A DNA stretch of 64,000 nt from Acutalibacteraceae bacterium (GTDB lineage Bacteria > Bacillota > Clostridia > Oscillospirales > Acutalibacteraceae), in contig JAZNMU010000084.1 in assembly GCA_045579865.1 (NCBI GenBank), positions 31,576 through 95,575 of the forward strand, read 5' to 3'. The first letter of the stretch is position 1, and the number at the start of each line of letters is the position of its first letter. A program made the translations under genes and the position numbers. The notes under the pieces were generated by a model. It was not told the DNA's origin and did not search any database. It saw nothing but the letters and a program-made list of their open reading frames with translations. Of this stretch, positions 8,664 through 15,174 are shown in pieces.

Positions 8664-10070
8664 ATGAAAGATGGTTATACAGGTATTATGACCGAAAAAA
8701 TAAATGATTGGGGTCTTGACAAAATATATGAAATGGAAGATGACATATATGGACTTGAAAATAGGGTTCCTGAAATCATTGACTATCTAAAAGATATACG
8801 TTTTTCAATGCCGTTAGGTTTAGCCTTGAGAAGATACATTTGTGAACAGTATAGTAATGGCTTTGACACAGAAAAACAATGTTATAGTTTTACTTTACCT
8901 GAGAAGGTCATTTTTACAAAAGATCACACAAGCGAAGATTATAATATAGAAACCGATGATATTGCAGAGTATATAGACATATTTAACTATATAAATGCAA
9001 AGTCTAATACTGATGCAAATGGCAATCTCACTATAGATATACCAAAAGCTGAAATTAGGAGACAACTTCGTGCTACTACTGGATGCATCAGAAAGAAAAT
9101 GTTTGATTTGAGCTTTGCATTACATATGGATAGTGAATACACATCTAAGTTTTTAACAGATGTGTTGGCAGAGCAGACTTATAATTACAGAGAACCTAAG
9201 GAAATAATCGCATTATTCTGTCAATCAAATGAAGAGTTTAATAGTTATCAAAAGTATGATGAGCTGTGTCAATTGTTTGATGTTAGATCTAAAGATATAG
9301 TTAAAACAAAAGAAAAAAAAGAGAACTATACATCTTTTGCGAGAAGCACGGTTACACAAGAAATAAAAACAGAAGAAATGCTAATGGAGTTTCTTTTAGC
9401 CAACATATCAAATTTTTATAGCTATTCAGAAACTGCATATAATGAGTTTGTTTCTTTGTATGTTAAAGCGAGTTCGTCATTATTATCTTCAGAGAAGAAA
9501 ACAGAATTTGAAGGGAAAACGATAGAAGAACGAATTGCTATTATAAAGGAACAAATAAAGAACGATAATCTAATAAATCCGGAGCAGTTAGCAAAGGAAA
9601 TGCTTGCGTGTATTCCTAGAGCTACCACTGAAAGGATCAAGGGCGGCAAGAAAATTGTAAGCAACGATTTCATTAATATTTATAATGGTGAGGGCGGACA
9701 GGATAGCAAAAAGATTAAGACTACTGAACTGCCAAAAAGAATCACTATGAATCTTCCGGTCAGTGATAGGCTATGGGATTTGATTAGAAGAGAAAAAACA
9801 GTTGACAGAAAAGACATAGTATTTATGAAGTTTTATGTTTTTTCACTGTATTTGCAGGAAAAAGACGAATACTCTGCTGAAGATTATTTTATCTTTTTAG
9901 ATGAATGTAATGATCTTCTAATGAGGTGTGGCATGTCAAGGTTGTATCCCGGTAATAGGTTTGAAAACCTGATAATGCTGTCTCTTCTTGCCTCCAACCC
10001 GTTTGAAATGTTTGAGAATATTATTGAATTTTCTTTTATGAATGAACCTAAACCGGATACCGTAGAATAA
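8664..10070 (+). CDS. hypothetical 468-aa helical protein, operon partner of the kinase-STAND gene
   Basis: AGGAGGA RBS. ATG lies 3 nt after the upstream stop. I recognise no motif. Confidence 0.7.
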   Translation: MKDGYTGIMTEKINDWGLDKIYEMEDDIYGLENRVPEIIDYLKDIRFSMPLGLALRRYICEQYSNGFDTEKQCYSFTLPEKVIFTKDHTSEDYNIETDDIAEYIDIFNYINAKSNTDANGNLTIDIPKAEIRRQLRATTGCIRKKMFDLSFALHMDSEYTSKFLTDVLAEQTYNYREPKEIIALFCQSNEEFNSYQKYDELCQLFDVRSKDIVKTKEKKENYTSFARSTVTQEIKTEEMLMEFLLANISNFYSYSETAYNEFVSLYVKASSSLLSSEKKTEFEGKTIEERIAIIKEQIKNDNLINPEQLAKEMLACIPRATTERIKGGKKIVSNDFINIYNGEGGQDSKKIKTTELPKRITMNLPVSDRLWDLIRREKTVDRKDIVFMKFYVFSLYLQEKDEYSAEDYFIFLDECNDLLMRCGMSRLYPGNRFENLIMLSLLASNPFEMFENIIEFSFMNEPKPDTVE

Positions 10071-10133
10071 CAGTTTCTCCATTTTCCTTCTTTCATTGTG
10101 ATAGTATAAACACAACGAAAGAAGAGGTGTTCA

Positions 10134-10601
10134 ATGGATAGTAAAATTTTACACAACATTAAAGACACACCATTTAATGAAAGAGAAACATTTAATAACG
10201 CAATTCTGCTTTTGTCAATGGTTAAAAGCGAGTATTACTATATAGTAGGGTTTTCAAGACCGGATAATAAAATAGAGATAGGCTTCGATTTTGAAGACAA
10301 AGCATACGGACAGATTTCTGAAACTGTTATAATGGACTTTAGTAGCAACTCGACAAGAATTTTGATGACTTCTCAATTGACAAATATAGTTTTTAAAGAA
10401 AAGAACAGAATTCCATTTCATCAAAAAGATAACTTCAAAATTAATAATGGTAATATTGTTTACGAGAGATTATTCAAAAAAGATGATGTTATTCCCGTAA
10501 GTATGGACAAATTAAACTTAATAATTTTGTCTGTAAAAAAGGATCTTGAAGAGTTTATAAAACAAAGTTTTGCATACATACTTACTCAAAGAAGGAAATG
10601 A
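10134..10601 (+). CDS. hypothetical 155-aa protein translationally coupled to the JAB gene
   Basis: GAAGAGGTG RBS. Its stop overlaps the next start (ATGA). It has no Cys and no C-terminal GG. Confidence 0.65.
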   Translation: MDSKILHNIKDTPFNERETFNNAILLLSMVKSEYYYIVGFSRPDNKIEIGFDFEDKAYGQISETVIMDFSSNSTRILMTSQLTNIVFKEKNRIPFHQKDNFKINNGNIVYERLFKKDDVIPVSMDKLNLIILSVKKDLEEFIKQSFAYILTQRRK

Positions 10602-11035
10602 CAATGAAAATATTGCAAAATGTTTATTTGAAAATACTGAATAGTTATCCTCTCCCTCCTCCTGAACAAGGAGGTATAATGGGTATAAAAAATAGCATAG
10701 TCTGTGAATATTATCACGATAATTCCCAAAATGCAACTGAAAGAGCTGTGTATGAGCCTGACATTAATGCTTTTAATCAAAGAATTGAAGAATGGGATAA
10801 GTACGGCATACAGTTTTCAGGCATTATTCATAGTCACTTGTTAGAACAAAACACATTATCGTCAGGAGATAAAGAATATATTAAACAGATATTCGATAAT
10901 CTACCTAAAGGTGTAGATGAATTATATTTTCCTATTATTATCCCTGAGACAAAACAGGTGTTCTCATTTGTTGCTAAAAGAAAAGATAAAGATGTAATCA
11001 TCCAACAAGATGAAATACATATAATGTTAGAATGA
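10598..11035 (+). CDS. JAB/MPN (JAMM) family metallopeptidase, minimal single-domain form
   Basis: Exact JAMM motif H78-S-H80-x7-S88-x2-D91 (IIHSHLLEQNTLSSGD), plus the upstream Glu in PPPEQGGIMG. The start may be the second ATG at 10604. Confidence 0.8.
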   Translation: MTMKILQNVYLKILNSYPLPPPEQGGIMGIKNSIVCEYYHDNSQNATERAVYEPDINAFNQRIEEWDKYGIQFSGIIHSHLLEQNTLSSGDKEYIKQIFDNLPKGVDELYFPIIIPETKQVFSFVAKRKDKDVIIQQDEIHIMLE

Positions 11036-11049
11036 AAGGTGGTGTAAAT

Positions 11050-11232
11050 ATGAACGAGACAAAGAAAACTCAGGTTAAACTTCCTTGCGGCAAACTTTGT
11101 GGACACAACTGTGCAGATGGTTGTGCATACTGGAATCCCAGAAAGAAGGATAGCAATGGTAGACAGTATTGCAATTGGTACGGACATTACTATTACCCAC
11201 ACGAGAGACAGGGCTGCTTATCTTACAAATAA
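11050..11232 (+). CDS. Cys-rich miniprotein (about 60 aa), probable zinc-binding
   Basis: AAGGTGG RBS then ATG 11050. Sequence PCGKLCGHNCADGCAYW...QYCNWYGHYYYPHERQGC. Overlaps the end of the JAB gene. Confidence 0.6.
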   Translation: MNETKKTQVKLPCGKLCGHNCADGCAYWNPRKKDSNGRQYCNWYGHYYYPHERQGCLSYK

Positions 11233-11245
11233 AAATATACATAGC

Positions 11246-11284
11246 AAAGACGAAGGCGTTGAGTTTTGCCTTCGTCTTTTTTTG
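11246..11284 (+). terminator. rho-independent terminator closing the 3586-11232 operon
   Basis: Perfect 12-bp stem AAAGACGAAGGC / GCCTTCGTCTTT followed by a T-run. Confidence 0.85.
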
Positions 11285-11297
11285 TAGTAAACCAAAA

Positions 11298-11332
11298 CCA
11301 CAACTCTTGTTGGTGATTAACTTATAATAAAG
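11298..11332 (+). promoter_or_regulatory. island promoter motif copy 1 (CCACAACT-N17-TATAATAAAG)
   Basis: One of five copies with identical 17-nt spacing. Lies 29 nt upstream of the 11361 start. Confidence 0.6.
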
Positions 11333-11360
11333 TCATCAAGAAAAAGGAAGGAACTTTCAA

Positions 11361-11741
11361 ATGAATATTTGTGTAAGTTGTAAAGATTATTTTAAGGAAT
11401 CAAAAGAGGTACAAAAAGCTATTGTAAGTGGGGTGGAAACACTTTATGGACGGATTCAGAATTATGAAGAACAAAACATAGATTTTAATCGGATTTTCAA
11501 TGACGACAAGGTTAAATATGATAAACACGGTCAGTTTTATACTTTTAAGTTTCAGAAATCAAATATGCAGTTAAGAGTGCTTTATTCATATTTGATTATT
11601 GATTGTTCACCAGTAGTAATTATAGCTGATTTCTTTGTAAAAAAAAGAAATTCCAAAGACTATATCGGGAAATTCAATTCATTAAATAAGGTTAATCCTT
11701 TGGATTTGTATAGCAAATCTAAAGTTGTATATTCGATATAA
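11361..11741 (+). CDS. RelE/ParE-HigB (Gp49)-like toxin-fold protein
   Basis: FKFQKSNMQLRVLYSYLIIDCSPVVIIADFFVKKRNSKDYI matches the ...R.LY....(V/I)VI...F.KK....Y pattern of this superfamily. No adjacent HTH antitoxin. Confidence 0.45.
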   Translation: MNICVSCKDYFKESKEVQKAIVSGVETLYGRIQNYEEQNIDFNRIFNDDKVKYDKHGQFYTFKFQKSNMQLRVLYSYLIIDCSPVVIIADFFVKKRNSKDYIGKFNSLNKVNPLDLYSKSKVVYSI

Positions 11742-11760
11742 AAGCGAAGGAGAAATGAAT

Positions 11761-12021
11761 ATGAAAAATAAGGTTGTAGTTAAAAAGGCGAATGATGAGA
11801 TTAAATTCTATCTCAAAAATGATAAAGGTGAATATTGGTTATTCACACAGCCTTTTTCAAAAGGTGTTTATGAGTGGTTTAAAGATGGACGTTCTGAGAA
11901 TGAAATTTTAAGATTTGATAAGTGGAAAAAGAACAAAAGACTTGGAGCTACAGTGCAAAGAATTCCTCGTGAAATCAAATATGTTACTAAGTATGTTATC
12001 CCGTATGAAATAGCAGCTTGA
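11761..12021 (+). CDS. hypothetical 86-aa protein
   Basis: AAGGAG at 11747 with ATG 11761 at good spacing. No motif recognised. Confidence 0.55.
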   Translation: MKNKVVVKKANDEIKFYLKNDKGEYWLFTQPFSKGVYEWFKDGRSENEILRFDKWKKNKRLGATVQRIPREIKYVTKYVIPYEIAA

Positions 12022-12056
12022 TTAACAAATCAAAAAAATAGTGCGAGGTTAGATTT

Positions 12057-13154
12057 ATGAAAAAACAGGAAGAAAGAAGACTTAATATATTCAGAATCTT
12101 TTTTCAAACGGTACCCATCCTTTTTGCGTTTGGAATAATCATTGCATTTGAAGGCTATGATTTGTATTTTGCTGATTTTGATTTGTCTTTTGGATATGTA
12201 GGATCTTTTCTTGTTGCAATATTGGTTTGCTTTGTAATGCAGTTGTTTATAAACAGAAACCCTATGTTGAATAACACGAAATCAGGAATTGTTGTAGGTT
12301 CTATATTAACAATTGAACTTTTATTGTTTTTATTATTTGCACAATATCATTTATTGCTTACAGGAGTGTTTATTGTTGCAACAATATTATTTTCATCTTG
12401 GTTAACTGAAAAAATCATTTGTATTAATAAGGAAAAAAGAAAAGTTACCAAAAGATTAAAGAGATGGTGTATAAATCGTTCTCGTTCATTGCTTGCATAT
12501 GTGCTTTGTGTTGCATTGATGCTGCCTGCCGGAATAGGTTTCTATGAAGAATACTATAAGTATTCTTTGTCTTCTGAAGAGTGGGCAGCATTCGTTGAAT
12601 GGTTCAACGAAGATAGCGAGGAAGTGGAAAAAGAAGAAAAAGTAGTTATTCCACATGAGGATAAAATTGCTGACTTGCTTAAATGGGACAAGGTGAATGT
12701 TGCAGAAAAGGAAAGAGTAATAAGAAGTATTGCTCTTATTGAAAAAGAAGAGCTTGGAATAAGTAACGATGTTGAGATTACTGTATCAACTGAAAAAATG
12801 TCCGAGTACACTTGCGGTTATTACATAGATTCATCTAAAGAAATCTTCATTAACTATAAATATTTAAATGAAGGAAAGCTCGAAGATGTCTTGCAGACAA
12901 TTCTCCACGAAATGCATCACGCTTTCGTTCATTATACAGTTGAAAATATTGATTATGAATCTGAATTGGTGCAAGACAATTACTATTACAAGCAAGCACG
13001 AGAATGGAAGGAAAATACCGAAAACTACATATCTTCGAACTCAAATTATGATGAATATAAAAATCAACCGATTGAAGCTGATGCGAGAGCTTATGCTGAA
13101 GAAAAGGTCGAGTATTATTTGAAGTATATAGATGATAACTCGAGTGAAAATTAA
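12057..13154 (+). CDS. polytopic membrane protein with C-terminal HExxH metallopeptidase-like domain
   Basis: Several hydrophobic helices in the first ~165 aa. LQTILHEMHHAFVHY gives HExxH, and a downstream IEADARAYAEE could supply a third ligand. Confidence 0.6.
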   Translation: MKKQEERRLNIFRIFFQTVPILFAFGIIIAFEGYDLYFADFDLSFGYVGSFLVAILVCFVMQLFINRNPMLNNTKSGIVVGSILTIELLLFLLFAQYHLLLTGVFIVATILFSSWLTEKIICINKEKRKVTKRLKRWCINRSRSLLAYVLCVALMLPAGIGFYEEYYKYSLSSEEWAAFVEWFNEDSEEVEKEEKVVIPHEDKIADLLKWDKVNVAEKERVIRSIALIEKEELGISNDVEITVSTEKMSEYTCGYYIDSSKEIFINYKYLNEGKLEDVLQTILHEMHHAFVHYTVENIDYESELVQDNYYYKQAREWKENTENYISSNSNYDEYKNQPIEADARAYAEEKVEYYLKYIDDNSSEN

Positions 13155-13217
13155 TTTTAGTACATACACGATATGCATACCTGTTAAAAATCAAAAATCA
13201 TATAAACATCTTGCTTT

Positions 13218-13247
13218 GGGAGCCGTTTTTGGCTCCCTTTCTATTTT
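13218..13247 (+). terminator. rho-independent terminator
   Basis: GGGAGCC gttttt GGCTCCC followed by TTTCTATTTT. Confidence 0.7.
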
Positions 13248-13259
13248 GAAAAAGAGTTT

Positions 13260-13294
13260 CCACAACTGTTGGTTGAGTGTGATGTAGAATAAAG
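13260..13294 (+). promoter_or_regulatory. island promoter motif copy 2 (CCACAACT-N17-TAGAATAAAG)
   Basis: Same bipartite motif and spacing as copy 1. Upstream of 13337. Confidence 0.55.
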
Positions 13295-13336
13295 TTACAG
13301 GGTTGAGAGACCTAATAAAACGAAGGAGAAACAGTT

Positions 13337-13561
13337 ATGGAAATCTTTGAAAGACTTGACACAATAAGGGGAACGGTAATCGGATGTAATGAACATGGAT
13401 GCCGTGTCAGAGACGATGAAACAGGAAAAGTAGTTTTTTATTATGGAAACGGCTACAAAGGAGACAGAGTTCAACTTTCAATAAAAAGGATTGACCTTGA
13501 ACGTCAAAGAGTGACTTGTGTATTGGAGTCGGTTTTAGAATATGCTGATTATGTAGCTTGA
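13337..13561 (+). CDS. small S1/OB-fold-like protein (74 aa)
   Basis: GGAG RBS. The G.V....G..V........GD.V...I..ID pattern is reminiscent of S1-like domains. Confidence 0.5.
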   Translation: MEIFERLDTIRGTVIGCNEHGCRVRDDETGKVVFYYGNGYKGDRVQLSIKRIDLERQRVTCVLESVLEYADYVA

Positions 13562-13571
13562 TTAACAGTTT

Positions 13572-13606
13572 ACACAGTTTCACAGAGTCAATGCAGTACA
13601 ATAAAT
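13572..13606 (+). promoter_or_regulatory. island promoter motif copy 3 (ACACAGTT-N17-TACAATAAAT)
   Basis: Same spacing. Drives micropeptide ORF 1. Confidence 0.5.
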
Positions 13607-13633
13607 TCATCAAATAAAAAAGGAGAAAACGAA

Positions 13634-13714
13634 ATGGAGTATTCGAGAGACCGGCCTTTCAACAAGGTGAAACATTTGATTAACCAAATCCACAATTTGA
13701 CATTTAGTGTATAG
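13634..13714 (+). CDS. micropeptide 1, MEYSRDRPFNKVKHLINQIHNLTFSV (26 aa)
   Basis: AAAGGAGAA RBS 7 nt upstream. Shares the SRDRPF core and flanking nucleotides with micropeptide 2. Below the ORF-track size cutoff. Confidence 0.4.
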   Translation: MEYSRDRPFNKVKHLINQIHNLTFSV

Positions 13715-13724
13715 TACAATAAAG
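13690..13724 (+). promoter_or_regulatory. island promoter motif copy 4 (CCACAATT-N17-TACAATAAAG)
   Basis: Same spacing. The -35-like box lies inside the 3' end of micropeptide ORF 1. Confidence 0.5.
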
Positions 13725-13753
13725 ACAACGAAGAGAACAAAGGAGAACAAGCT

Positions 13754-13816
13754 ATGAAACATTCAAGAGACCGGCCTTTTAGGAGACACAAATACAACAA
13801 CACTTCAAGAGAGTGA
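13754..13816 (+). CDS. micropeptide 2, MKHSRDRPFRRHKYNNTSRE (20 aa)
   Basis: AAAGGAGAA RBS. Conserved ATTCrAGAGACCGGCCTTT block as in ORF 1. Confidence 0.4.
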   Translation: MKHSRDRPFRRHKYNNTSRE

Positions 13817-13841
13817 ATAAAAAGAAAGTGAGGATAATGAA

Positions 13842-13907
13842 ATGCTTTGGAAAATTATTTCAACAACAGTATATTTCATATTTGCATTCAATAATTACTC
13901 TTATTAA
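13842..13907 (+). CDS. hydrophobic peptide MLWKIISTTVYFIFAFNNYSY (21 aa)
   Basis: GTGAGGA RBS upstream. An alternative overlapping frame starts at ATG 13837 (51 aa). Confidence 0.25.
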   Translation: MLWKIISTTVYFIFAFNNYSY

Positions 13908-13924
13908 GAAAGGAGATACTGATT

Positions 13925-14017
13925 ATGTGGGGAGCAATTTGTTCTTTTGCAATTGGATGGGCGTTAAAACACGCTGTTTCAGGTACATATAATTACTTTT
14001 ATGATATGTATCATTAA
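13925..14017 (+). CDS. hydrophobic aromatic-rich peptide MWGAICSFAIGWALKHAVSGTYNYFYDMYH (30 aa)
   Basis: AAAGGAG RBS 8 nt upstream of the ATG. A perfect hairpin follows. Confidence 0.4.
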   Translation: MWGAICSFAIGWALKHAVSGTYNYFYDMYH

Positions 14018-14026
14018 TTTAATTAA

Positions 14027-14059
14027 GATTATGTTGCCGAGTTATTCGGCAACATAATC
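14027..14059. terminator. perfect 14-bp hairpin (GATTATGTTGCCGA / TCGGCAACATAATC)
   Basis: Seen directly. No U-run on the plus strand, so it may be a terminator or an RNA-stabilising element. Confidence 0.5.
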
Positions 14060-14106
14060 AAACCCCAAAAAACTTATATCTATAATAAATTAAGGAGTTT
14101 TTACTA

Positions 14107-15048
14107 ATGAAAAAGAATATCACTAAAGTTTTATCAATCGTTCTTGCAATTATCACAGTTTTTTCAACAAGTGCAATCGGTTTGACTGCTTCAGCAGCAA
14201 GCAATACAAGTTATTCAAGCTATAATGCTCCTGAGAATTCAGGTGACTATGCATATTGGAACGGTTCAAAGGTTGTAAAGTCAAGCAGCACAACAAAGGA
14301 CGAAATTCGTTGGATTCAGGCGGCAATCAATAACTGTATTGCTAACGAAGGACTTAAAACATCATATATAGTAGTTGATGGTTCGTTCGGTCCGGGTAGC
14401 AAGACAGCAACAATTGCATTTCAGAAGGCTGCAGGCTTAACAGCGGACGGTTCCTTTGGTCCTGCTAGCATCAAGAAAATGAAGAGCATCTTAAGTGATG
14501 GTAAGAAAAATTCGCTCAATCCTGTCTCTACAACAAATAACGGAAGCTCAAAAACACTTTCAATCAACTGGAATTTAATCAAAACGACAGGCAAACAGGG
14601 TTCAGGTGAAAAGAGCTGTCTTTGCAGAGCACTTGCTTACAGTAGAGATATTATTGATGGTTCTGCACACAAGTGGACAGAATATAGCGAAGGCTATCTC
14701 AAATCAGCAGGTAGATACAGTTACACTGCTGTTTGCTCAAAGGCTAGTTACACAAAGAAAACAAGTACGAGTCAAGCTACTGTTTTCAAAGCAGTTTATG
14801 ACAATATAAATAATGGCAAGCCTGTTGTTATCAATGTAGATGATGGTGCAGGAAAACGTTCCACAGGATGTCATTATGTAGCAGTTGTTGGATATAAGAA
14901 TGTTACAGATTCGTCTAAACTTTCTGCTTCAAACTTCTTAATCATTGATTCTGTTGGAAATGGTGGTTATACAACTGAAAACCTTGGAAGTTTGGGATAT
15001 TATCTTCTTAAGAATTCAAGCGGAAGATATACCTACTATGTTGACTAA
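14107..15048 (+). CDS. secreted protein: signal peptide, peptidoglycan-binding domain, and C-terminal papain-like (C39-like) cysteine peptidase domain
   Basis: Signal peptide MKKNITKVLSIVLAIITVFSTSAIGLTASA. Duplicated VDGSFGP..K.A...FQKAAGL motif (PG_binding_1 type). Candidate Cys/His pairs in GEKSCLCRALAYS and GCHYVAVVGY. Confidence 0.6.
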   Translation: MKKNITKVLSIVLAIITVFSTSAIGLTASAASNTSYSSYNAPENSGDYAYWNGSKVVKSSSTTKDEIRWIQAAINNCIANEGLKTSYIVVDGSFGPGSKTATIAFQKAAGLTADGSFGPASIKKMKSILSDGKKNSLNPVSTTNNGSSKTLSINWNLIKTTGKQGSGEKSCLCRALAYSRDIIDGSAHKWTEYSEGYLKSAGRYSYTAVCSKASYTKKTSTSQATVFKAVYDNINNGKPVVINVDDGAGKRSTGCHYVAVVGYKNVTDSSKLSASNFLIIDSVGNGGYTTENLGSLGYYLLKNSSGRYTYYVD

Positions 15049-15064
15049 TATTTACAAAAACTTA

Positions 15065-15101
15065 GTGTTGCTCGTAAGAGATTACGGGCAACACATTTTT
15101 T
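15065..15101 (+). terminator. rho-independent terminator
   Basis: GTGTTGCTCGT / ACGGGCAACAC stem followed by TTTTTT. Confidence 0.75.
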
Positions 15102-15113
15102 AAATAACGAAAA

Positions 15114-15148
15114 CCACAGCTTGAATTCTTTGCCATTCTATAATAAAG
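15114..15148 (+). promoter_or_regulatory. island promoter motif copy 5 (CCACAGCT-N17-TATAATAAAG)
   Basis: Same spacing. Upstream of ATG 15175. Confidence 0.6.
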
Positions 15149-15174
15149 AAAACAAAGAAAAGGAGTTAATAAAA

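Noticed and set aside
10134-10601. The 155-aa protein as the E2-like or ubiquitin-like partner of the JAB peptidase
   Set aside because: It has no cysteine at all, so no E2 catalytic Cys. It has no C-terminal Gly-Gly, and its size is wrong for a simple beta-grasp. It is left as unknown.
11099-11287. 62-aa alternative-frame ORF over the Cys-rich gene and terminator
   Set aside because: It has no RBS and runs through the terminator hairpin. The 11050 frame has an RBS and a coherent Cys pattern.
13560-13830. The repeat region considered as a CRISPR array
   Set aside because: There are only two units of ~118-120 nt. Each has a promoter, an RBS and a start codon. There are no short direct repeats with unique spacers and no cas genes.
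13837-13992. 51-aa ORF (MKCFGKLFQQQ...) spanning both small hydrophobic peptide ORFs in another frame
   Set aside because: Possible but less likely. Its ATG sits almost on the RBS, and it ignores the strong internal AAAGGAG-ATG at 13925. I cannot exclude it without data.
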